DNA from: Candidatus Komeilibacteria bacterium
GTDB lineage: Bacteria > Patescibacteriota > Patescibacteriia > UBA1558 > GWA2-36-10
NCBI GenBank assembly: GCA_018656065.1
Contig: JABHZY010000024.1
Coordinates: 160,970 to 224,969 of the forward strand
Direction: 5' to 3'
DNA length: 64,000 bases
How positions within the stretch are numbered: the first letter of the stretch is position 1; the number at the start of each line of letters is the position of its first letter. Position numbers and translations under genes: made by a program. This document shows, piece by piece, positions 27,605-38,466 of the stretch. The notes below the pieces were generated by a model. The model searched no databases, was not told the origin of the DNA, and was given only the letters and a program-made list of their open reading frames with translations.

Positions 27605-29365
27605 TTAAGCAATGAATCCACCGACTTGTTTTTTCCAAAGTCTATTATAGAGACCCTGTTTTTTAGCAATTAATTCTTTATGAGTGCCTTGTTCAATTAT
27701 TTTTCCTTTATCCAAAACTACAATTCTATCCATCTTCATGATAGTAGATAGTCTATGAGCAATTACTATCACTGTCTTATCTTTCATTAGATTAGCTAAT
27801 GCATCTTGAATAAGCTCCTCTGATTCAGAATCTAGACTAGAAGTAGCTTCGTCCAACACCAAGATTGGTGCGTTCTTTAATATTGCTCGGGCGATAGCTA
27901 CACGTTGTCTCTCGCCACCAGATAATTTCACGCCTCGCTCACCGACATAGGTTTCATATTTTTCAGGAAAATCATTTATAAAATTACTAGCATGAGCTAA
28001 TTTAGCAGCTTTGATAATTTCTTTATCGCTGGCCTGCGGTCGGCCATAACGAATATTTTCTCTCAATGTCCTGTGAAATAAAATTGGATCTTGATTAACT
28101 AAAGATATATTTTTCCACAAAGAATCTTGACTTACACTAATTACTTTTTGATTATCTACCAAAATTTTACCTCTATCTATATCATAGTTTCTTAAAAGTA
28201 GATTTACCAAAGTAGATTTACCAGAGCCAGATGGTCCAATCAAAGCTATTTTTTCTTTAGCTTTAATATTTAAACTAAAATCAGAAATAATTTCTCTAGT
28301 TTGATTATAAGCAAAATCAACTTCCTTAAACTCTATTTGACCACCGTTCATTTTAAGTGTCTTAGCACTTTTAACATCCTTTATTTCATGAGGGGCTTCT
28401 AATATTTCAGTCATTTCTTCAGCCTCAGCCATAGCTTCATAATATTTTCGAATAATACGGCCAAAATTCCACAACCTCATCATAATAGTAATTAAATAGG
28501 TTTGGATTAAAACAAATTCACCAACGCTAATAATATCTTTTTGCCACAAAGAAATAGCATAATACATAATGCCAATTTCTAAAATCATCATCAATAAAGT
28601 CTGACCAGCTTCAAAATAATTATATAAATTCCAAGTAAACTGATGCATTTTTTGATATTGACTATTCACACCTTTAAATCTTTTTCTTTCTCTAATATAA
28701 CCTGTAAATAATTTTAAATTCAAATGATTAGTAATTGTATCTGCTAATACTCCAGTTACTTTTGAATTTAATTCGGCTCGCTGCACATCATATTTTAATT
28801 TATATAAAGAAAAATAATAATTAACTAACATATAAACCACGGTCCATGCAAAAATTCCTAAACCAAGCCATATGTTTCGCCTGCCCAGGGTTATAATAAT
28901 AAAAGTTAGATTTAAAAATATTGGTAAAAAATCCCAAAAAATTAAATCTGTCACAACCTCAAAAGCTCTAGAAAACCTATTTACTTTTTTAACAAGTGAT
29001 CCTACAAAATTATTATTAAAAAAAGAAATAGAATGCTTATGTAAATAAGCAAAAGAAAAATTAGACATCCCTGCCATAGCATTGGTCTGAAAATATGAAG
29101 TAGCAAAAGTAGCTATTCTCCAAAAAATCCAAGATACTAAGTAAACAGCTAATACTTTCATAAGTGTCCACTGCAAATCTCCAATTTTATCTGCACTATC
29201 ACCTGCCTTAGTTAAAATATCAAAAAAATCTTTATAGAAAAGAGGTGCTACAACATGTCCAGCTGAAGCAATGATTATAGAAATTATTATAAGCCAAGGA
29301 GCCCACTTGTATTGTCTCAAATGTTTCCAGAAAATTTTGAATGTCTGTTTGGTTAAATACTGCAT
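27605..29365 (-). CDS. ABC transporter, fused permease/ATPase
   Basis: TM domain plus GPSGSGKS, LSGGERQR, LDEATS. Confidence 0.93.
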   Translation of the reverse strand: MQYLTKQTFKIFWKHLRQYKWAPWLIIISIIIASAGHVVAPLFYKDFFDILTKAGDSADKIGDLQWTLMKVLAVYLVSWIFWRIATFATSYFQTNAMAGMSNFSFAYLHKHSISFFNNNFVGSLVKKVNRFSRAFEVVTDLIFWDFLPIFLNLTFIIITLGRRNIWLGLGIFAWTVVYMLVNYYFSLYKLKYDVQRAELNSKVTGVLADTITNHLNLKLFTGYIRERKRFKGVNSQYQKMHQFTWNLYNYFEAGQTLLMMILEIGIMYYAISLWQKDIISVGEFVLIQTYLITIMMRLWNFGRIIRKYYEAMAEAEEMTEILEAPHEIKDVKSAKTLKMNGGQIEFKEVDFAYNQTREIISDFSLNIKAKEKIALIGPSGSGKSTLVNLLLRNYDIDRGKILVDNQKVISVSQDSLWKNISLVNQDPILFHRTLRENIRYGRPQASDKEIIKAAKLAHASNFINDFPEKYETYVGERGVKLSGGERQRVAIARAILKNAPILVLDEATSSLDSESEELIQDALANLMKDKTVIVIAHRLSTIMKMDRIVVLDKGKIIEQGTHKELIAKKQGLYNRLWKKQVGGFIA

Positions 29366-29397
29366 AAGTTTGGTAATTATAGCATACTTATTTTAAT

Positions 29398-29472
29398 TGG
29401 CTCCCCCAGTAGGACTCGAACCTACAACCTCTGCATTAACAGTGCAGCGTTCTACCATTGAACTACAGGGGA
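29398..29472 (-). tRNA. tRNA-Asn(GTT)
   Basis: CTGCA-CTGTTAA-TGCAG anticodon arm; GCCA end. Confidence 0.95.
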
Positions 29473-29704
29473 TTAAAAAACAAATAAAAAATCGGTCTAT
29501 TTTGACCGATAACTTCCTAAAAAAATTTTATTTATATATAAAAAGTCACCGGCTGGTTAATCCGTTATTGTTATTATCGGCTGAATTTGTAACTTTTCTC
29601 ATCATCATAGAATAAAATTACTTAATTTGTTCTCTAATACTAGCAATATTAGCTTTTTTTGTCAAAATTTTACCCCGGGCCGCTTGGCGACCCAGGGTAC
29701 AGTG

Positions 29705-30706
29705 TCAGCTCTGGGAAGTGTCCCGGAACTTGACCTTGCAAACAACGAGCTCTGCGGAGCCCTTCTCAATGGTCTTGACGACCCCTCTCCTCATCAGCTC
29801 GCTGATAGCTCGACGACATGTCGTATTGCTGATACCAGCTTTTTTAGCGGCCTTGAAGACCTTGCGCTTCAGATTAAGAACCCTGACTTTCTTGAGGGAT
29901 TTCGGATAATCCTCATCCTCAACGACTCCCATCAGGAGATCTACAGCCGCCTGCTGCTTGACCGGCAGAAGCGGCTGATGGCTCCAGAAACGATGTCCAC
30001 GCAGCTGCTTGGCAGTACGCTTCCTCCGTTTCTGCTTATCAACCTCTGACTCGGAAACAAGACCGTAACGCTGCTTGACCTCGGACAGCTCACCATCGGG
30101 ATCAAGTACGATCTCCATGACGTCCTGGATATCACGCTGGGTAATTTCCAGATTAATGTCATCACAGAGAACGTGGATCTTGCCCACTGAATGAATCAAC
30201 GCTTCATGATCCTTGATCTCATTGTTCAGGACACCCCAAAGCCACTCCTGAGTCCATCCCAGCCTACGAGCAGCCGCCCGAAAACTGATGTCTTTACTCA
30301 GAATATGCTTCCTGAGGCGAAAGAAGACGTTTGGCATATTGTCGAGCTCCTGGGTATAAAAACCCTTGGCGCGCAACCAGTACTGCCACATCAGCCAGTC
30401 GGCTCGCTGCGGGATAGCCTCGCCATACAACCAGCGACGAATAGCCCGCTCGCTACGACCAGTAAAGTGCATTAGCTCCTTCACCGCCCGCCCGACGAAG
30501 CCACTTCTCTTCAGATCAGCCAGACAGGCATCACGACAGGCATCGGTATCAAAACCGACGTAAATAATCTCTTCCGGCGAATTCCGGAAAGCATACATGA
30601 AGAGCGGCAGCTCTTCAGACATGACTTCTGCAATCTCCCTATCATCGACTTCATGATCTGCCTGATCCAGGACTGCCTGAACTATTGTCTTGTGTTTGTT
30701 ACTCAT
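29705..30706 (-). CDS. GC-rich orphan, putative multi-HTH DNA-binding protein
   Basis: GGAGG before ATG 30706; HTH-like segments VKELMHFTGRSERAIRRWL, FRAAARRLGWTQEWL and ISNTTCRRAISELMRRGVV. Confidence 0.6.
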   Translation of the reverse strand: MSNKHKTIVQAVLDQADHEVDDREIAEVMSEELPLFMYAFRNSPEEIIYVGFDTDACRDACLADLKRSGFVGRAVKELMHFTGRSERAIRRWLYGEAIPQRADWLMWQYWLRAKGFYTQELDNMPNVFFRLRKHILSKDISFRAAARRLGWTQEWLWGVLNNEIKDHEALIHSVGKIHVLCDDINLEITQRDIQDVMEIVLDPDGELSEVKQRYGLVSESEVDKQKRRKRTAKQLRGHRFWSHQPLLPVKQQAAVDLLMGVVEDEDYPKSLKKVRVLNLKRKVFKAAKKAGISNTTCRRAISELMRRGVVKTIEKGSAELVVCKVKFRDTSQS

Positions 30707-30870
30707 GGGGTAGACCTCCATGTCTTTCTTATTGTGGTGAACAACCTTCCATGGACTAAATACCCATGAATTACGAATGGGACTTCTATTTTTAACATAA
30801 AAAGCCACTTTTGTCAATAATAGCAATTAAAAAAGACCGCGTAGAGCGCGGTCTATATAAATATAATTTT

Positions 30871-31653
30871 TTAATTTTTTAGCTTATTATCTATCCAATC
30901 TTGCAAAATTTGCTTCATCTTAGCCAAATGTTCAGGTTTTTCAAAAGTATGAGGAGCTCCTTTAACTACGTGAATTTCCTTATCTTCTGGCATACCATCA
31001 TAAAGTTTCATCTGATCTTCTAAAGGTGTTCCCATATCCTCTTCTCCTACCATCATCAGTATTGGCATGGTAAATTTATCAGCCTCAGGCACTATATCAT
31101 ATTTTAAGATATCTTCTTTAAATGGCTCCCAATCTAATTTTTTTATAACTTCCTTGCCATTTTCTATTTTTATAGCTGGCAAATCATCTCTACCAAATTT
31201 AGCTATAGTCTGATGACCGCCTATTACAGTTGCGAATGGCACTATACCAGATACTCGGGCTAAATAATCTGCTGCGTAACGTAAAATACAACCACCTCCC
31301 ATACTGTGCCCCGCCAAAACAAATGGTTCTTGATACCAATCTTGAGTCTTAGCCCAATCTATAACATCAGCTAAATCATTATAATAACCCGTGAAGCTTG
31401 CTTGACTATAATCCCCATCGCTCTGACCTACTCCATTTGTTACATCAAATATTACTACTGTAAAATTTTTATCTGCAAAACTATCTACAAAATTTTGCAT
31501 ATGAATAGCACTTTTTGTTTGACCTAAGCCTGGCATTACAAAAACCAGACCTTTTTGTGGTTTAATTTTTGTAAGATTTAAAGCAATCTTGTTTCCCTCT
31601 CTATTTTTGATAAATAGATTCTCCATAAGTACTTTTATAAATATATTTTTCAT
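30871..31653 (-). CDS. Alpha/beta hydrolase
   Basis: GHSMGG nucleophile elbow; D and H of the catalytic triad. Confidence 0.9.
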   Translation of the reverse strand: MKNIFIKVLMENLFIKNREGNKIALNLTKIKPQKGLVFVMPGLGQTKSAIHMQNFVDSFADKNFTVVIFDVTNGVGQSDGDYSQASFTGYYNDLADVIDWAKTQDWYQEPFVLAGHSMGGGCILRYAADYLARVSGIVPFATVIGGHQTIAKFGRDDLPAIKIENGKEVIKKLDWEPFKEDILKYDIVPEADKFTMPILMMVGEEDMGTPLEDQMKLYDGMPEDKEIHVVKGAPHTFEKPEHLAKMKQILQDWIDNKLKN

Positions 31654-31655
31654 GA

Positions 31656-34325
31656 TTATTTCTTAGTTTTTTGATAATGAATAAATACTGCCTTTATTAT
31701 TTCTATCAAAATTATCACCAAAAGTATAGCCGCTAAAATAACTTGCCACTCTTTCCAAGTCAAAGGCACTGTTCTTAATACTCTGTTAAAAAATGGCATG
31801 TAGACTGCAATAAGTTGCATGGACAAACCAATTAACACAGCCCCATTTAAATATTTATTTTTGAAAGGATTAGCTTTGAAAATATTATGATCAAGACTTT
31901 TAATGCTATAGACATAAAACAAAGTGATAATAGCCAAAGATGTAAAGGTTACTGTTCTGGCTAAATCTTCATTACCAGTCTCTTTCCAAAAATACCAAAA
32001 TAACAATAAGCTACTAAAGCCAGTTAGCATGCTAACTATTAGAATCATAAACTTACTCTCAAAATCTAACAAACTATTAACCTTTTTTGGTTTTTGGTTC
32101 ATTATCTTTTCATCTTCAGGCTCCATGGTCAAAGCTAAGGCTGGAAATCCATCGTCTACTAGATTGACCCACAATATCTGTGCAGCCAAAATAGGCAAAG
32201 GTATTTGGAGTATTAAACTACCGACAATAATAATAATTTCTGAAAAACTATCTGACAATAAATACAATATCACTTTGCGCAGATTAGCAAATATAACTCT
32301 ACCCTGTTTGATTGCCATCACTATAGTATCAAAATTATTGTCGAGTAAAACCAAGTCGGCTGTTTCTTTGGCAACATCAGAGCCACTAGAAACTGCCACT
32401 CCAATATCAGCTGCCTTTAAAGCCGGCGCGTCATTAACGCCATCACCAGTCATAGATACTATTTCTCCTTTATTTTGCCAAGCTTTGATAATTCTAAGTT
32501 TATCAGCTGGAGAAACTCTAGCATAAACCTTAATATTTCTAACTCGCTTACTTAGCTCTTCATCAGTCATTTTGAGCAACTCATCTCCTGTTACTACACT
32601 GTCATCTTTAAAAGCTAATCCTAATTCTTTGGCGATGCTCTTGGCAGTAAATTTGTTATCACCTGTGATAATAACTGTGTTTATACCTGCTGCTAATGTT
32701 TTTTTCAAAGTAGCTTTTGTTTCTTTACGCAGAGGATCGGATAAGCCCCAAATACCTGCAAAAATAAAATCATGTGGATTGTCTTTGAAGTCAGAAAAAT
32801 TTTCATACTTTTTTGGCACAAGCTGATAAGCTCCAGCTAAAACTCTAAGGCCCTGCTTACTTAACTCCTGCCATTTTTTATCAAAATAATCAAAACGCTC
32901 TTTACTCATCTTGGATACTTTAGATGAGTTTTGATATTTATTAGAAAATTTTAATATCTTTTCTGGAGCACCTTTGATAAATACAATATCATACTTATCA
33001 TCATAATGATGCCTAGTGACCATAAATTTTCTCTGATGATCAAAGGGAATCTCCTCCACTCTTTTTAATTTTTTCTGATCTTCTTCTATATGACTATCAT
33101 TAGCCCCAAAAATCATTAAAGCTTTTTCAGTAGGACTACCTAAAACTACCCAATCTTCTGCGGAAGATTCTGGATTTTGTACTACTGCGTCATTACAAAA
33201 AAATGCAGTCTGAGCTATTAAATCTAATTCTTTATTAACTTCTAAATCACGAAATGATTGAGCGGCTAAGTCAATATGAAACTTATAACTTACCACACTA
33301 GTCACTCGCATCTCACCTTCTGTTAATGTACCTGTCTTATCAGTACATATCACAGTGGTAGAACCCAATGTCTCAGCTGAAACTAAACGCCTAACCAAAC
33401 CATTATGTTTTAATATTCGCTGCATACCAACAGTCAGTATCATCGTCATACTAATTACCAAACCTTCTGGGATAGCTGATACAGCGACTGCCACCGCTAA
33501 AGTAAACATCTCCACCATATCATGATCTTTGAAGACACCGAAGGCAAAAACAAATAAAGCTAATATAGCTATAATTTTTGTTATAGATTTAGCAAAATCA
33601 TCCAATTTTTGTTGAAGCGGTGTTTTGGCCTCTTTAGTTTCTTTGAGCATTACTGTAATCCTGCCCATCTCTGTATCAAAGCCAGTATTTACAACCAAGG
33701 CTTGGGCTCGACCTTCGACTACTAAGGTACCCATGAATACCATGTTCTTTCTTTCTGCTAAAACAGTACCTACATCTAGATTTGTCAATTCTTTTTTAAC
33801 CGGCCAAGATTCTCCAGTCAGCGTTGCTTCATTTACTTCAAAATCATTTACCTGGATAAGTCGCGCGTCAGCTGGCACCCTACTACCTGACTCCAAAACC
33901 ACTACGTCTCCTGGCACTAGCTTTTTTGATTCTATTTTCTTTTCAACTCCACCCCTAAAAACAAGTGTTTCTTTTTTAACTATTTTGTTTAACTTTTCCA
34001 AAGACTTATTAGCTTTGAATTCTTGAATAAAACCAACTACCACATTAATCATCACAGCTGCAAATATCACATAAGCATCTACATACTCACCAAAAAATAA
34101 TGATATAAAACCAGCCACAATCAAAACTATAACCAAAACACTACGAAATTGAGCTAAAAATAAATTAAACGCTGAAAACTTATTTGCTTGAGCTAAAACA
34201 TTAAAACCAGACTTATTTAATCTTTTCTTAGCTTCGGAATGACTAAGTCCTTCTTTAGAAGAATCTACTGTTTTGAAAATTTTCGCTATTGGCAAATTGT
34301 GCCAAGCAATATCCTTTTTTGACAT
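31656..34325 (-). CDS. Cation-transporting P-type ATPase (P2A-like)
   Basis: TGES, PEGL, DKTGT, TGDN, GDGVND. Confidence 0.95.
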   Translation of the reverse strand: MSKKDIAWHNLPIAKIFKTVDSSKEGLSHSEAKKRLNKSGFNVLAQANKFSAFNLFLAQFRSVLVIVLIVAGFISLFFGEYVDAYVIFAAVMINVVVGFIQEFKANKSLEKLNKIVKKETLVFRGGVEKKIESKKLVPGDVVVLESGSRVPADARLIQVNDFEVNEATLTGESWPVKKELTNLDVGTVLAERKNMVFMGTLVVEGRAQALVVNTGFDTEMGRITVMLKETKEAKTPLQQKLDDFAKSITKIIAILALFVFAFGVFKDHDMVEMFTLAVAVAVSAIPEGLVISMTMILTVGMQRILKHNGLVRRLVSAETLGSTTVICTDKTGTLTEGEMRVTSVVSYKFHIDLAAQSFRDLEVNKELDLIAQTAFFCNDAVVQNPESSAEDWVVLGSPTEKALMIFGANDSHIEEDQKKLKRVEEIPFDHQRKFMVTRHHYDDKYDIVFIKGAPEKILKFSNKYQNSSKVSKMSKERFDYFDKKWQELSKQGLRVLAGAYQLVPKKYENFSDFKDNPHDFIFAGIWGLSDPLRKETKATLKKTLAAGINTVIITGDNKFTAKSIAKELGLAFKDDSVVTGDELLKMTDEELSKRVRNIKVYARVSPADKLRIIKAWQNKGEIVSMTGDGVNDAPALKAADIGVAVSSGSDVAKETADLVLLDNNFDTIVMAIKQGRVIFANLRKVILYLLSDSFSEIIIIVGSLILQIPLPILAAQILWVNLVDDGFPALALTMEPEDEKIMNQKPKKVNSLLDFESKFMILIVSMLTGFSSLLLFWYFWKETGNEDLARTVTFTSLAIITLFYVYSIKSLDHNIFKANPFKNKYLNGAVLIGLSMQLIAVYMPFFNRVLRTVPLTWKEWQVILAAILLVIILIEIIKAVFIHYQKTKK

Positions 34326-34397
34326 ATTTATATTATAACATAAAAGATTCAAATTTCTAAGCTTGAATTTTATTGAAATTAAGGTAAAATTAAGCCT

Positions 34398-36209
34398 ATG
34401 GATACAATAGCTAAAATCAAAGAAGATATTAAATTAAATATCAAATCAGTCTATAAAGAAGAAATAGATGATTTTGATTTAGATTTACCTCCCCAAGAAA
34501 AATTAGGAGACTATGCCTTTCCTTGTTTTGATCTAGCTAAAAAGCTTGGTAAAAATCCTGTTGAATTAGCTAAGGAATTAGCTGATAAATACCAAACTGG
34601 TGATTTGATAAATAATGCTAAAAATATTGGCCCTTATTTAAATATCTTTGTAAATAATGATTTTATTAAAGAATCTATTAATGAAATCGCAAAAAATAAA
34701 AAATTCGGTCAAAGCAAATATGGCCAAAATCAAAAAGTACTTATAGAATTTTCTGGGCCAAATACCAATAAACCTCAACATATTGGACATGTTAGAAATG
34801 ATTGTCTTGGTCAGGCCTTGGTAAATATTTATAAAGCGAGTGGTTATAAAACTACAGCTGTTAATATTATTAATGATCGCGGTATTCATATTGTTAAAAG
34901 TATGCTGGCCTGGCAAAAATTTGCTGATGGTGAAACTCCAGAATCATCCGGCATGAAAGGTGATCACTTAGTTGGCAAATACTATGTAAAATTTGGCCAA
35001 TTATTAAAAGAAGAAGAAAAAAAATATTGTGAAGCTAAAAATATTGATTTAATTAAATTATCTAATCTGGAACGTAGAAAAGTTGAAAATAAATTTTTAG
35101 CACAATCTCCTTTAATGAAAGAAGCTCGGACCATGCTAGTAGCCTGGGAAAACAATCATCCTGAAATCAGAAAACTATGGAAAATGATGAATGATTGGGT
35201 TTATCAAGGCTATGATAAAACCTATAGAGACCTTGGCATTGAATTTGATCATTTGGATTTTGAAAGTGATACTTATTTACTAGGCAAAAATATTATCGAG
35301 CTAGGACTAAAGAGAAAGGTCTTCCTTAAAAAAGAAGATGGTTCAGTTTGGATGGACTTAAGTAAAGATGATTTAGATGATAAAATTGTCTTGCGGGCTG
35401 ACGGCACTTCTGTTTATTTAACTCAGGACTTAGGCACTGCTGTTAGAAGATTTGAAAAATTCAAATTCGATAAATCGATCTATGTTGTGGCTAACGAACA
35501 AGATCATCATTTTAAAATATTATTCTTAGCTCTAGCCAGACTAGGCTTTGACTGGGCTAAAAATTTGCATCATTTATCATATGGCATGATGTCTTTGCCG
35601 GGTGGTAAAATAAAATCCCGCGAAGGCAAAACTGCTGATGCTGATGATCTGATTGCTGGTATGAAAAACAAAGCTAAAGAAGTCATGGCCAAGGCTGAAA
35701 AAAAAGTCGATACTTCTGAAGCTGACACTGAACAAATTGCTGAGCAAGTTGGTCTAGGTGCTTTGAAGTTTTTCATTCTGGGCACTAATCCGCAAAAAAA
35801 TATTGTCTTTAATCCTGAAGAATCAATTTCCTTTGATGGCTATACTGGCACTTTTATCCAATATACTCATGCTAGGATTTCTACTATGCTTAGCAAGGCT
35901 GACAAGGTAGCTAATATTTCTAAAATAAAAGATTTTGATTTTAATAAAGAAGAAAAAAAATTAGTTAAAACATTATTAATGTTTACTGAAACTATTCAAA
36001 AATCAGCTATAAATCAAAACCCTTCTCTACTTACTCAATATTTGTTTGATTTAGCTAAAACTTATAATAATTTTTATCAACAACATAGCGTATTAAAAGC
36101 CGAAAGTGAAAACGTCAAACAAATCAGGTTAAACATTTCTAAACTAACAAAACAAGTACTAAAAGATGGTTTAGCACTACTAGGCATCAAAGCCCCAGAT
36201 ATGATGTGA
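34398..36209 (+). CDS. argS: Arginine--tRNA ligase
   Basis: PNTNKPQHIGH, IKSREG, QYTHARI. Confidence 0.96.
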   Translation: MDTIAKIKEDIKLNIKSVYKEEIDDFDLDLPPQEKLGDYAFPCFDLAKKLGKNPVELAKELADKYQTGDLINNAKNIGPYLNIFVNNDFIKESINEIAKNKKFGQSKYGQNQKVLIEFSGPNTNKPQHIGHVRNDCLGQALVNIYKASGYKTTAVNIINDRGIHIVKSMLAWQKFADGETPESSGMKGDHLVGKYYVKFGQLLKEEEKKYCEAKNIDLIKLSNLERRKVENKFLAQSPLMKEARTMLVAWENNHPEIRKLWKMMNDWVYQGYDKTYRDLGIEFDHLDFESDTYLLGKNIIELGLKRKVFLKKEDGSVWMDLSKDDLDDKIVLRADGTSVYLTQDLGTAVRRFEKFKFDKSIYVVANEQDHHFKILFLALARLGFDWAKNLHHLSYGMMSLPGGKIKSREGKTADADDLIAGMKNKAKEVMAKAEKKVDTSEADTEQIAEQVGLGALKFFILGTNPQKNIVFNPEESISFDGYTGTFIQYTHARISTMLSKADKVANISKIKDFDFNKEEKKLVKTLLMFTETIQKSAINQNPSLLTQYLFDLAKTYNNFYQQHSVLKAESENVKQIRLNISKLTKQVLKDGLALLGIKAPDMM

Positions 36210-36279
36210 TATTGACCCGTTCGACTCGTTACACTCGCTCAGGGTCAATCCTGAGCGAAGTCGAACGGATTGACAATAT
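36210..36279 (+). repeat. 70-bp composite REP-like element (copy 1), containing the -35 of the tRNA-Lys promoter
   Basis: 66/70 identical to the reverse complement of 39466-39535; TTGACA(36270)-N17-TATACT. Confidence 0.85.
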
Positions 36280-36332
36280 ATACGAAATTGTATATACTAA
36301 TCTCCGTATTTTACATTTTACTTATTCAATAT

Positions 36333-36409
36333 GCGCCTATAGCTCAGCCTGGTAGAGCAGCTGCCTTTTAAGCAGACGGTCGGGGGTTCGAATCCCTCTG
36401 GGCGCACCA
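36333..36409 (+). tRNA. tRNA-Lys(TTT)
   Basis: GCGCCTA...CTGC-CTTTTAA-GCAG...TGGGCGC-ACCA. Confidence 0.93.
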
Positions 36410-36484
36410 GCTTTCGACAAGCTCAAGCTGGCGAAAGCTGTCCTGAGCGAAATCCTGAATTTATCGAAAGATGAGCCGAAGGGC
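36407..36484. repeat. REP-like hairpins 3' of tRNA-Lys
   Basis: CCAGCTT-TCGACAAGCTC-AAGCTGG and GTCCTGAGCG...GAGCCGAAGGGC. Confidence 0.7.
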
Positions 36485-36611
36485 ATTTGTACTAATAACT
36501 ATAATATATCAGCCGTTCGGCTGTTTTTTATTTGGGTATAAACTGTCCATAATAAAGGCTTGAAAAATAAGGCCAAATGAGTTAAGCTAATTCTACGAAT
36601 TAATAACAGGC

Positions 36612-38069
36612 ATGAGTAAAATACCTCCTCAAAATTTAGAAGCAGAAAGCTCACTCTTAGGCGCTCTCCTACTTGATAAGGAAACAATTATCAAGGTTGG
36701 TGATGTTTTGCGTCCTAGTGATTTCTATAAAGAAGGTAATGGTTTGATCTATCAAGCCATTTTAGATTTATTTGAAAAACATGAACCAGCTGATATTTTA
36801 TCTGTTGGTAATAGATTAGCTGAAAAAAAACAATTAGAAAGTGTTGGCGGCAAAGCTTATTTGGCTGAACTAACTGCTTCTGTACCTAATTCTTCTCATG
36901 CAGTATCATACGCTGATATTATTCACAAAAAAGCAACTTTAAGAAAATTAGAACGAGCTGCTAGCGAAATATCCGAATTTTCTTTTTCCGAAGACAAAGA
37001 TGTCTCTAGCTTATTAGATCAAGCTGAACAAAAACTTTTTGCTATTTCTCAAGAATCTCTCAAGAAAAACTTTATTCCTATTAAAAATGTTTTAACAGAA
37101 ACTTTTAATCGTATTGATGAATTACATAAATCAGGTGGCCAAGGTACTCGTGGTATTCCAAGTGGCTTTACTGATTTAGATAATAAACTATCTGGTTTTC
37201 AAAATTCTGATTTAATTATCTTAGCCGCTCGTCCATCTCTAGGTAAAACAACTCTAGCTCTAGATATCGCTAGAAATATTGCTGTTAAAGCTAATACAGC
37301 AGTTGGTATATTTTCTCTGGAAATGAGTAAAGAACAATTAGTAGATAGACTACTAGCTTCTGAAGCTGAAGTTGATCTTTGGAAAATGAGAACTGGTAAA
37401 CTTTCTGATAAAGAAGAAGATGATGATTTTCCTCGTATTGGTCGGGCTATGGGTGTCTTATCAGAAGCTCCAATATTTATTGATGATAGCGCCAATGCCA
37501 ATGTAATGGAAATTCGTACTAAAGCTCGTCGTTTAAAAATGGAACATAATCTTGGCTTTTTAGTAATCGATTATTTACAATTAATGGAAGGTGATTCTGG
37601 CGGCAGCGAAAATAGAGTTCAGGAAATATCCAAAATTTCTCGTGCTCTTAAGCAAATCGCTCGTGAGCTTGATATTCCAGTTTTAGCTCTATCTCAACTT
37701 TCTCGTGCCGTAGAAGCTAGATCGCCGGCTATTCCAAAACTAGCTGACCTTCGTGAATCTGGATCCATTGAGCAAGATGCTGATATTGTAATGTTTATCT
37801 ATAGAAAGGCTAAAGATAAATCACGTGAGTGTCCTGATGAAGAAAGAAATATAGCTGAAATACATATTGATAAACACAGAAATGGTCCAACTGGTATTTG
37901 TAGATTCATTTTCGATGAATCTAAGGTATCATTTAAAAACCTAAGTAAAGATTATCAAAATATACTTCCGCCACCTGAAGCTGAGGCTGATGAAATGCCT
38001 ATTCCAAGTAATGGAAATTTCAAAAATAATAAACCACAAGCAGAAACAGCTTGGCAAAACATACCTTAA
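36612..38069 (+). CDS. dnaB: Replicative DNA helicase
   Basis: PPQNLEAE, AARPSLGKT, IDYLQL, DLRESGSIEQDAD; no intein. Confidence 0.97.
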   Translation: MSKIPPQNLEAESSLLGALLLDKETIIKVGDVLRPSDFYKEGNGLIYQAILDLFEKHEPADILSVGNRLAEKKQLESVGGKAYLAELTASVPNSSHAVSYADIIHKKATLRKLERAASEISEFSFSEDKDVSSLLDQAEQKLFAISQESLKKNFIPIKNVLTETFNRIDELHKSGGQGTRGIPSGFTDLDNKLSGFQNSDLIILAARPSLGKTTLALDIARNIAVKANTAVGIFSLEMSKEQLVDRLLASEAEVDLWKMRTGKLSDKEEDDDFPRIGRAMGVLSEAPIFIDDSANANVMEIRTKARRLKMEHNLGFLVIDYLQLMEGDSGGSENRVQEISKISRALKQIARELDIPVLALSQLSRAVEARSPAIPKLADLRESGSIEQDADIVMFIYRKAKDKSRECPDEERNIAEIHIDKHRNGPTGICRFIFDESKVSFKNLSKDYQNILPPPEAEADEMPIPSNGNFKNNKPQAETAWQNIP

Positions 38070-38091
38070 AATAATTAACTAAAAACAAAAT

Positions 38092-38382
38092 ATGTTTAAC
38101 AAACTAAAACAATACAACGACCTTAGAAAACAAGCCAACACTATTAAGAGCGCCATGTCTGAAGAAAGCGTTGAGGTTAGTAATAAGGCTGTTACAATAA
38201 TCATGGACGGTAACCAAGAAATTACCAGCTTGGATATAAATGAAGACTTTTTGTCAAAAGACAAAAAGAAAGAATTAGAAAAAGAAATTACCAATGGCAT
38301 TGCTAATGCTATCAAAAAGGTACAACGTAAGATGGCTATGAAAATGCAACAAATGGGTGGTCTAGACAACCTAATGAAATAG
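38092..38382 (+). CDS. YbaB/EbfC nucleoid-associated protein
   Basis: Size, sequence pattern and position directly before recR. Confidence 0.85.
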   Translation: MFNKLKQYNDLRKQANTIKSAMSEESVEVSNKAVTIIMDGNQEITSLDINEDFLSKDKKKELEKEITNGIANAIKKVQRKMAMKMQQMGGLDNLMK

Positions 38383-38466
38383 AGACATTACAAACTATAA
38401 CTTATCTGCTCCGCTGTTTCACAGAGTTGCATCTAAGCTATAGTTTTTGCAAATAATCAAAACCAG

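Noticed and set aside
29397..29615. 72-aa ORF
   Set aside because: Antisense to tRNA-Asn; spurious.
31924..34026. Plus-strand ORFs inside the P-type ATPase
   Set aside because: Antisense shadows of a conserved gene.
36612..38069. Intein in DnaB
   Set aside because: 485 aa with contiguous helicase motifs; no insertion.
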